The notes under the pieces were generated by a model, which had not been told where the DNA came from, searched no databases, and saw only the letters and a list, made by a program, of their open reading frames with translations. Below, in pieces: positions 8,321 through 15,515 of a DNA stretch of 15,515 bases; position 1 is the stretch's first letter; each line of letters opens with the position of its first letter. The stretch lies in NCBI GenBank assembly GCA_049971295.1, contig JBMFLH010000044.1, positions 1-15,515 of the forward strand, written 5' to 3'. The DNA comes from Candidatus Ratteibacteria bacterium. Lineage in GTDB: Bacteria > Ratteibacteria > UBA8468 > B48-G9 > DTJG01. The position numbers and the translations under genes were made by a program.

Positions 8321-9759
8321 TCCTTTGTGTAGTTTTGTTCAATGTAATGTGCAAAACCGAGCAATTCTGCTTCTTTAAATGCAGGTGCAAGTATCTGCAT
8401 ACCAAAAGGAAGTTTATCAGAAGAAAACCCAGCTGGCAAATTTATCCCTGGAATGCCAGCAAGGTTTGCGTTCACGGTGAAAACATCTGAAAGATACATT
8501 GCAAGAGGATTTATGGCTTTTTCACCAATCTTAAACGCTGTCTCTGGCGTGGTGGGAGTGATGATAAAATTTACCGACTGAAACGCCTGTTGAAAGTCTC
8601 TGATAATCAACGAACGAACCTTTTGCGCTTTCAGATAATATGCTTCATAGTAACCTGCAGAAAGAACAAAAGTACCAAGTATGATACGCCTTTTGGCTTC
8701 TTTCCCAAAACCTTCTCCCCTTGAATTTGTGTAAAGGTCAAAAACTGTTTTAGAATCTTTGCTGCGATATCCAAACTTAACACCATCAAATCTTGCAAGA
8801 TTCGTGCTCGCTTCAGCAGTTCCTATAATATAGTATGTCGGTATTCCGTAATTTGTATGGGGCAAACTTATTCTTTCCACATGAAACCCATCTCTATCAA
8901 GACAATTAATGATACTGTCAATTCTATCTCTAATTTCCTGTGAAAGTCCCTCGCCAAAATATTCATCAGGAATTCCTATGCGAATATTTTTTTTATCGAT
9001 GGGTTTTTCAAGTTCCTTTTCATAATCAGGAACAGGTATATTGCATGATGTTGAATCCCTTTCATCATAACCGGCAATTATGTTCATTATGATGCTTGCA
9101 TCCCTGACATTTTTGGCAAAAGGGCCTATTTGATCAAGGGATGAACCAAATGCTACCAGTCCATATCTTGACACCCTTCCATAACTCGGCTTTAAACCCA
9201 CTACTCCACAGAAACTTGCTGGCTGCCTGATTGAGCCACCTGTATCAGACCCAAGCGCGGCAAACGCCATATTCGCTGCAACAGATACCGCAGAACCCCC
9301 GCTTGAACCCCCGGGTACCCTTGTAGTGTCATATGGATTCAGCACAGGTCCATAAGCAGAATTTTCTGTTGAGGAACCAAAAGCAAACTCGTCCATATTC
9401 GTCTTGCCAATGAGAATTGCACCTGAATTTATAAGTTTTTCAATGACAAACGCATCGAACGGACTCATATAACCCTGAAGAATTTTTGAAGCGCAGGTTG
9501 TTGGCTGGTCTATTGTGCAAATATTGTCTTTTATTGCGACAGGTATACCTTCAAGTCCCCGAAATTCGCCACGAATGTATCTCTGTTCACTCTGCTTTGC
9601 CTGTTCAATGCAATTGTCATTGATATGAATGAAAGCATTGAGAAGTTTGTTTGTTTCATGAATAACTTCTAACTGTTTTCTGACAAGTTCAACAGGTGAA
9701 ATCTCTCGTTTCTTTAAAAGTTCCTTTATCTGATGTAAACTCAAGCAATGAATGTCCAT
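8317..9759 (-). CDS. gatA: Asp-tRNA(Asn)/Glu-tRNA(Gln) amidotransferase subunit A
   Basis: Amidase signature AIKDN, GKTNMDEFAFGSSTE, PGGSSGGS, LGSDTGGSIRQPA; GatA-specific NLARFDGVKFG, RIILGTFVLSAGYYEAYYLKAQKVR, MYLSDVFTV. Confidence 0.97.
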   Translation of the reverse strand: MDIHCLSLHQIKELLKKREISPVELVRKQLEVIHETNKLLNAFIHINDNCIEQAKQSEQRYIRGEFRGLEGIPVAIKDNICTIDQPTTCASKILQGYMSPFDAFVIEKLINSGAILIGKTNMDEFAFGSSTENSAYGPVLNPYDTTRVPGGSSGGSAVSVAANMAFAALGSDTGGSIRQPASFCGVVGLKPSYGRVSRYGLVAFGSSLDQIGPFAKNVRDASIIMNIIAGYDERDSTSCNIPVPDYEKELEKPIDKKNIRIGIPDEYFGEGLSQEIRDRIDSIINCLDRDGFHVERISLPHTNYGIPTYYIIGTAEASTNLARFDGVKFGYRSKDSKTVFDLYTNSRGEGFGKEAKRRIILGTFVLSAGYYEAYYLKAQKVRSLIIRDFQQAFQSVNFIITPTTPETAFKIGEKAINPLAMYLSDVFTVNANLAGIPGINLPAGFSSDKLPFGMQILAPAFKEAELLGFAHYIEQNYTKE

Positions 9760-9760
9760 A

Positions 9761-11020
9761 TCATAAAAATTCTCTCGGATCTGAAATTTCGCCCTTTATT
9801 GCCGAGGCAGCAACTGTTGCTGGAGAGGCAAGGTAGATAAATGCATTTGGATTACCCATTCTTCCCTTAAAATTTCTATTTGCCGTTGATATAACTATTT
9901 CACCATCCGATGGAATGCCCTGATGTGTTCCAACACATGGCCCACAACCCGGATTTGTAACGCAACAACCGCTTTCAAGGAAAATTTTGATATACCCCTT
10001 TTTCATCGCCTCAAGATATATTTTTCTTGAACCAGGGGTGATAATGGCTCGCACATCTTTATGAACCTTTTTACCTCTAAAAATTTTTGCGGCAATTGCC
10101 AGATCATCCAATCTTCCATTGGTGCAGGTACCGATAAATGCCTGATTGATTTTTGTTCCACGAAGTTCCTCCACAGGACCGACATTGTCAACAGTATGGG
10201 GCTTTGCCACAAGCGGAACCAGTTTACTTACATCAAGTTCAACAACATTACTGTAAATCGCGTCACTATCAGCAAACACAGGATTTATTGTTTCGTTTTC
10301 ACCAACAAAATCTTTCAGATACTTTTCAGTTTCACTATCATATTCCATCACGCAGTTTTTCCCACCGACTTCTGTAACAAGATTTGCGATTGTAAATCTA
10401 CCATCCATTGACAAATTTTTTATTGCCTGCCCTGTAATTTCAACACTCTGATACACTGCTCCCTGCGCCGTCAGTGTTTTGACCATCAGAAGTCCCATAT
10501 CCTTTGCAAATACTCCCTTTTTCAGTTTTCCAGAAAATATAAGTTTTGTGGAATATGGAACTCTGAACCATTGTTTTCCTGTCAGCATTCCAATGGCGAG
10601 ATCAGTAGAACCAACTCCACAGGACATCAAATTTAATGCACCATAGGTGGGAGTATGACTGTCAGCGCCAAGAACCAATTGTCCCGGTCTTAAAAATCCT
10701 TTTTCTGGCATCAGAATATGACATACACCTTCTCCTATTTCCATCTTTTTTATGCCATATTTTTGTATAAAATCTCTCATGAGTTTGTGGAGAGAAGAAA
10801 CACCCATATTGGGACTTGGCGCACTGTGGTCAAAAACAAAACACACCCGTTCAGGGTCAAAAATTTTACTTCCTCCAAGTTCTTCAAATGCCTTTATCAC
10901 CAGTGGTGCTGTTCCATCCTGTGCCATGAGGAAATCAACCTTTGCAAGGCATATTTCGCCCGCAAAAGTTTGTTTTCCCGCATGAGATGATAGAATTTTT
11001 TCTGCTATTGTCTGTCCCAT
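9761..11020 (-). CDS. Aconitase-family large subunit, LeuC type 2 / HacA (3-isopropylmalate dehydratase or homoaconitase-like)
   Basis: MGQTIAEKIL, FDH..P, GVCH, GADSHT, [4Fe-4S] ligands IGTCTNGR and GCGPCVG, STANRNFKGRMG, YLASPAT. Substrate cannot be fixed from motifs alone. Confidence 0.92.
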   Translation of the reverse strand: MGQTIAEKILSSHAGKQTFAGEICLAKVDFLMAQDGTAPLVIKAFEELGGSKIFDPERVCFVFDHSAPSPNMGVSSLHKLMRDFIQKYGIKKMEIGEGVCHILMPEKGFLRPGQLVLGADSHTPTYGALNLMSCGVGSTDLAIGMLTGKQWFRVPYSTKLIFSGKLKKGVFAKDMGLLMVKTLTAQGAVYQSVEITGQAIKNLSMDGRFTIANLVTEVGGKNCVMEYDSETEKYLKDFVGENETINPVFADSDAIYSNVVELDVSKLVPLVAKPHTVDNVGPVEELRGTKINQAFIGTCTNGRLDDLAIAAKIFRGKKVHKDVRAIITPGSRKIYLEAMKKGYIKIFLESGCCVTNPGCGPCVGTHQGIPSDGEIVISTANRNFKGRMGNPNAFIYLASPATVAASAIKGEISDPREFL

Positions 11021-11029
11021 TTTATAACA

Positions 11030-12262
11030 TTATGGTGTTACTGTCATTAAAAGACGGGCTTCTTCTGGATGTCTTGCGACAAAAAGCAATTCGTCGTCAG
11101 TCAGTGGCTTCTGCGTATGAACATTTGCGTATCTGGCAAGTTCAAGAATTTTTCTCGCCTCTTCCTCATCCTTGAATTCAACCTCAAGTTTTCCATAAAT
11201 GTTTCGCAATCCTTTGATACCACTGTATTCACCAAGAATAATCATTCGTCCGGTTTCAATGATTTCAGGCTCCCCCCTGCCGAGTTCTTCAAAATCATAC
11301 AATTCATAATTTCTCTTGTCTTTCAAAGCACCATCCACGTGTATTCCAGAGGAATGGGCAAAGGCGTTCGCTCCAACTCCCACCTGGTTAATTGGAATAG
11401 GAACCTTGAAGGCATAGGAAGCATAGTGGGCAATTTTCCACGACATCGAAAGATTGATTCTTTCATCCAGCTGGTACTTGCCTGCCATTCCAGCACCGTA
11501 TTTGCACGCAAGTAAAACCGAAATAAGATCTGCGTTTCCTGCTCGTTCTCCCATGCCATTAATTGTGGTGTTAATATATGCGTCAACGCCTGCATCTATG
11601 GCTGCTTTTGCTCCAGCAATAGAACATGCTACAGCCATGCCCAAGTCGTTATGACAATGTAATTCCACAGGCATCTTTGTTTTTGAAGCAAGTTGATAGA
11701 TTCGCTCATAAATTGTAAATGGTGTATCGTATCCAAGTGTGTCGCAATACCTGATTCTATCAGCACCGTGTTCCTTTGCAGCAAGTGTAAATTCAATCAG
11801 TTTATTCATGTCTGTCCTTGATGCATCCTCTGCATTTACGCCAATGGATTTTGCCCCGCGTGCTTTTGCCTCATCAACAGCAGAAGTCATATCTTTAACC
11901 ACCCCTGAAAAATCTCTTTTTCCCTGAAATTTACCCAGTATCATCTGCTGAGATGTTGAAATTGAAAGATTAATATGTTCAAGTTCCGGAATGTTTTTGA
12001 ATGCTTCAGCAACATCATCAACAATTGCCCTCATCCAACCAGAGATCCTTATTGGAGCGAGAACACCCTTTTTTACAAGTGCCATATTTGCGTTGAGATA
12101 ATTGATTTCGTGCTTTGTAACAGGAAAACCCGCCTCACTCTGGAATATGCCCATTTGATTCAGATATATATTGATTAATGTCTTTTCAAGTTTCGCAAGG
12201 CCCAACCGTGCTGTCTGCACTCCATCCCTGTTTGTCACATCAATAATGTAAATTTTTGGCAT
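11030..12262 (-). CDS. DRE-TIM Claisen condensing enzyme, 'homocitrate synthase'-annotated type, likely Re-citrate synthase
   Basis: DVTNRDGVQ, NAEDASR, YCDTLG, metal-binding HCHNDLGMAVA, NGMGERAGNA, AFAHSSGIH.DG; no LeuA regulatory domain (410 aa). SD AGGAGG overlaps the rplM stop. Confidence 0.9.
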   Translation of the reverse strand: MPKIYIIDVTNRDGVQTARLGLAKLEKTLINIYLNQMGIFQSEAGFPVTKHEINYLNANMALVKKGVLAPIRISGWMRAIVDDVAEAFKNIPELEHINLSISTSQQMILGKFQGKRDFSGVVKDMTSAVDEAKARGAKSIGVNAEDASRTDMNKLIEFTLAAKEHGADRIRYCDTLGYDTPFTIYERIYQLASKTKMPVELHCHNDLGMAVACSIAGAKAAIDAGVDAYINTTINGMGERAGNADLISVLLACKYGAGMAGKYQLDERINLSMSWKIAHYASYAFKVPIPINQVGVGANAFAHSSGIHVDGALKDKRNYELYDFEELGRGEPEIIETGRMIILGEYSGIKGLRNIYGKLEVEFKDEEEARKILELARYANVHTQKPLTDDELLFVARHPEEARLLMTVTP

Positions 12263-12271
12263 AAAAACCTC

Positions 12272-12715
12272 CTATTTCATCTCAAGGATTACCGGTGTCT
12301 GTGCCTGGTGCGGATGCTGGGAACCGCGATAAACCTTGAGCTTTTTTAACAGCTGTCTTCCAAGCCGGTTGTGAGGCAGCATTCCTTTCACAGCATGTTT
12401 TATCACAGTTTCAGGACTTTTCTGCATCAGTGACATAAAGGTTTCTTTTTTCAATCCACCAAGATATCCAGAATGTCTGTAATACACCTTGTCAAACATT
12501 TTCCTGCCGGTTAATTTCACCTTTTCAGCATTGATGACAATCACAAAGTCTCCTATATCCTGATACGGAACCCAGCAACTCTTGTGCTTGCCAAGGAGAA
12601 TCGTGGCTATGTTTGATGCCAACCGTCCTAAGGTTTTACCGGTCGCATCCACAAGATAAAACTTTTTTTCAACCTTTGTTGCTCCATCTGGGACAGGGGT
12701 TTTTTGAGTTTTCAT
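12272..12715 (-). CDS. rplM: 50S ribosomal protein L13 (147 aa, start at MKTQKTP)
   Basis: [68 protein letters not shown] at 12724-12720 before ATG 12715; the ORF-track start at 12808 falls in the promoter. Confidence 0.97.
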   Translation of the reverse strand: MKTQKTPVPDGATKVEKKFYLVDATGKTLGRLASNIATILLGKHKSCWVPYQDIGDFVIVINAEKVKLTGRKMFDKVYYRHSGYLGGLKKETFMSLMQKSPETVIKHAVKGMLPHNRLGRQLLKKLKVYRGSQHPHQAQTPVILEMK

Positions 12716-12779
12716 ATTTCCTCCGTTTTGCTTCTGAATTTTCAGCATAGTTCCTGTGCAGGATTTTATTTTTGCCAAG

Positions 12780-12808
12780 ATTATACACATTTCTTGCCAA
12801 TGTGTCAA
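12780..12808 (-). promoter_or_regulatory. Consensus sigma70 promoter for the rplM operon
   Basis: Minus strand TTGACA (12808-12803), 17-nt spacer, TATAAT (12785-12780). Confidence 0.85.
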
Positions 12809-12825
12809 AATTTTTATTCATACCA

Positions 12826-12847
12826 CTGAATTCGTGCTATAATTCAG
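12826..12847 (+). promoter_or_regulatory. Extended -10 promoter (TGcTATAAT 12835-12843) for the divergent gene, overlapped by inverted repeat CTGAATT-N8-AATTCAG
   Basis: Read directly from the sequence; ends about 25 bp upstream of ATG 12868. Confidence 0.45.
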
Positions 12848-12867
12848 AAATATATTCTGGAATATAT

Positions 12868-14159
12868 ATGAAAAATATCTATGTCCCTGAATTTGAAAAG
12901 CCGATCAGAATACCGGCCAGAGTAAAAATTGCTTTTTCCATGCCATCTTTTGTTTTTGCGGGACAGAAGGTAATACTAAAATTACAGTTTCTTTTATCAA
13001 GCAATATCAATCCCAATTCATCTGTGAAATTTCAAATTGCTGGTGGAAGAAACAACAAAGGGTATTTTTCAAACATTCAGATTGCCAGTGACAAAGCAGA
13101 TGGTTTCATCTGCGCCAGATTGAAACATCGAAATTTGAAAATTTCAGAATATTCAGGTTATCCAGGAACTTTTATCATATATGTTCCTGATACTGGCATC
13201 AAAAAAGGAGAACGTCTGGAAGTTATCCTGCGAAATGTCCATTGTCAATCAGCCAGTATTTTGAACAGGTTTTTTTATATCAGGATGAGCTGACATCTGT
13301 CTCTGGTCCCCACAGGGCTGAAAGTGTCTGGAACCAGGAAAACCAAAAGAAGATTCTTTCTGCCTGTTTAATTCACATTCTTGGCGGAAGTATTCATCAT
13401 ATGAAGATACATGCGCCTTCAAATGTTTCACCGAAAGAAAATTTTTCTATACTTATCAGTCCTGAAGATAAATTCCATAATCTTTCCTCAGAAATTCCAC
13501 ACAAAAAAATATTCATGTTTTGTGGCAGAAAAAAAATAAATGGCATCATCAAAAAGGTAAAAAATTCCATCTGCCTTGAGTTTAAAACTGCTCTTTCAGA
13601 AACTGGAATTTATAGATGGGTTGTAAAGTATGATGGGAAAAAATTTGTCAGCAATCCCATCGTATGCAGTGAAAATGAAAAATACAATCTTTACTGGGGA
13701 ATGATACACGGACATACTGAAATGTCTGATGGCGCAGGAACAATTGACCATTATTTTCATCAATTAAAAAACGAAGCCCACCTTGATTTTGGTGCTCCTG
13801 GTGACCACGACCATACATGGGAAACCACAGAAAAAATGTGGGAAAAAACATGCAGGACTGTAAAAAAATGGCATAAGCCCAAAAAATTTATTACATTTTT
13901 AGGTTATGAGTGGGCAAAGTGGAGAAGAAACGGAGACGGAGATAGAAATGTTTATTATTTGTATGACGATAGACCTATGTATCGCTCAGATGATGGCAAT
14001 TTCCCCACGCCAGAAGCACTGTTCAAAGCATTGAAAAAAGAAAAAGCCATTGTAATACCACATCATACTGCACACGGCGGAAATTTCTGTGACTGGAAAG
14101 ACCATGATGAAATTAAAGAAAGGTTGGTTGAAATATATCAAATCAGGGGAAGCTACCAA
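12868..14159 (+). pseudogene. PHP-like metallohydrolase (DUF3604 / CehA-McbA type), frameshifted near 13270-13276 and truncated near 14156
   Basis: The two ORFs (12868-13293 and 13242 onward) join if T7 at 13270-13276 were T8 (NRFFLYQDEL). PHP motifs LYWGMIHGHTEMSDG, LDFGAPGDHDH, FLGYEW, GDRNVYY, VIPHH and LVEIYQIRGSY are followed by residues that look like antisense read-through. Confidence 0.7.
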
Positions 14160-14204
14160 CGACATAAACAATACAGCTTCAATATTACTTTCCAACTGTT
14201 CCAC
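14157..14204 (-). pseudogene. Possible 5' remnant of an SMC-Scp complex subunit ScpB gene
   Basis: (V/M)EQLESNIEAVLFMS resembles the ScpB N-terminal 'L...IEA.LF.S.EP' motif. It follows the oxidoreductase stop on the same strand, and the similarity ends at the junction. Only ~15 residues of support. Confidence 0.35.
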
Positions 14205-14269
14205 TTTTTGACTTCTAATATCCCTATTTCCGTGAGCTCGCTTTATCTTCTCTGTTTTTCATTTCCTTA

Positions 14270-15331
14270 TCAAATTTTAAAAGTCCCTAAACCAAGTCCC
14301 CGTAAATCAGCAAGAATATGCTTCTGTTCAGATTCGTAGAGTTTCCATATGATTCTTAACCCTTCCAGACTGCTAACTGCATCTGTAAGTGGCTTATTAC
14401 CTGTTAAAATGCAATCAACAAAATGTGCCATTTCTTCAGCGGTTGGTTTGGCATCTGGCGTCTCCATCAATACTTCTTCCATCTGTTTGCTTTTCATTAT
14501 TCCGGCATCATGAATAGTTGCCCTGTGGTGAAGTATCAGCTTGCCCTGTTCTCTATTTACCTCAAGCATCCCACCTTCACAATGGACATGAAAAGAATAC
14601 TTCAGTCGGCTCCCGCGTGCACCCCATGTTTCAAAATGATAGCCGAGGATTCCATTTTCAAACTCAATCGTGACATTACTTGTTCCCTCTCTCTCCATCC
14701 AGGGGGTACAACGATTGGTTCCAATATGACATCCACAGAGGGGTTTTCCAAGAAACCATAGTAGAAAATCAATATAATGACATCCATGGCTGAAAAGTTG
14801 TCCTCCGCCAAGCAGTTTTGCACTCCTTGCCCAATGTCCTTCAGGATAGCATGTAAGCTGCTCTGTCCATATCGACATTTGAAAAACGTCTCCGTATTTT
14901 TTTCATCAACCAGTTTCTTCATTTCTCGAATTAATGGATGGTACCGCATGCAGTAACCCACCATTAAAACAAGGCCTGTTTCACGTTGTTTCTTGATCAT
15001 TTTGATACAATCTTGCTCAGTATTTGCCAGGGGTTTTTCAACCAGCACATGTTTTCCTGCATCAAGACATTTCAGTGTCAACTCACAATGTAAGTGGTGG
15101 GGAAGAACCAGAAGAACCGCATCCACATATTTCAAAATTCTGTGATAATCGGTGTCTACAATTGGTTTACTTTCTAAAACACTGGCAACTGCTTCAGCCC
15201 GTCCTTTCACAATATCAGCCACAGCAGTAACCACAATCTTGTCCTTGATACTACTGAATCTTTCCACATGTCCCCTCGCCATACCACCGCATCCAATTAT
15301 ACCAATACGAATGTAATAGGTAAGTTTTCAT
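14270..15331 (-). pseudogene. Gfo/Idh/MocA family NAD(P)-dependent oxidoreductase, two apparent frameshifts
   Basis: Rossmann IRIGIIGCGGMARGH lies in frame upstream of the ORF-track Met, but ATG 15331 (with SD AGGA) is out of frame. GKHVLVEKPLA and VGYCMRY follow. Restoring A7 to A8 at 14897-14903 gives DEKKYGDVFQMSIWTEQ, joining GGGQLFSHGCHYID to the stop at 14270. Confidence 0.85.
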
Positions 15332-15404
15332 AAAAATACTTCCTACTACTACAGGTCACTCAGACCAGAAAAAGGTGGTTTTTTACTGTTGAATCGGTAG
15401 GAGA

Positions 15405-15515
15405 GTAAGAGTAGTTTGAAATCAAGGTGCTCTTATTTTTTGAGGTGTTCTCGCTAATGATAAAAAATATCAAAAGGTTCTTTCCCATTTAGGATACCTG
15501 TCTGCACTATGCTCA
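15405..15515 (-). mobile_element. Possible right end of an IS66-family element (transposase C-terminus and terminal inverted repeat)
   Basis: Minus frame SIVQTGILNGKEPFDIF resembles the IS66 TnpC C-terminal 'S...T..LNG..P' motif. With T6 read as T7 it continues LSLARTPQKIRAP* (TGA 15424-15422), 17 nt from a GTAA-starting end at 15405. Only 111 bp are visible. Confidence 0.4.

Noticed and set aside
11030..12262. nifV / nitrogen fixation role
   Set aside because: No nif genes nearby, and the context is a housekeeping operon with an aconitase-family subunit.
12716..12808. 31-aa N-terminal extension of L13 in the ORF track
   Set aside because: Its TTG start is the -35 box of the promoter, and a proper SD precedes ATG 12715.
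12772..12867. N-terminal extension of the 12772..13293 ORF
   Set aside because: It spans both divergent promoters; ATG 12868, downstream of the -10, is more plausible.
14160..14339. C-terminal tail of the 13242..14339 ORF
   Set aside because: It is antisense read-through over the ScpB-like fragment and the oxidoreductase 3' end.
1..15515. tRNA, rRNA, CRISPR arrays, riboswitches and intrinsic terminators
   Set aside because: Intergenic gaps are short; by eye I found no cloverleaf, spaced repeats, or GC stem followed by a U-tract.

Overview
AT-rich bacterial chromosome segment from a diderm (LPS-core genes), probably an anaerobe; a PVC/Omnitrophota-like lineage is suggested but only by inference from gene content. 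From the left: a DPS-like (thioferritin) gene and a secreted hypothetical on +, converging on GTP-dependent PEP carboxykinase. Next is a tightly packed 8-gene minus-strand operon from a perfect TTGACA-17-TATAAT promoter: rplM, a homocitrate/Re-citrate synthase, a LeuC/HacA-type aconitase-family large subunit, gatA, a DUF6785/DUF6784-like membrane protein, hldA/rfaE1, kdsB and pyrG. Most of these lack their usual neighbour (no rpsI, leuD, gatC/gatB, hldC or kdsA). The right ~2.7 kb is a decayed or mis-assembled zone. It holds a frameshifted, truncated PHP-like (DUF3604-type) gene joined head-on to a short ScpB-like 5' fragment, a doubly frameshifted Gfo/Idh/MocA oxidoreductase, and what looks like the 3' end of an IS66-family element. 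The most interesting biology is a probable Re-citrate synthase plus split-aconitase route to 2-oxoglutarate coupled to ribosomal protein L13. No RNA genes or CRISPR arrays were seen.
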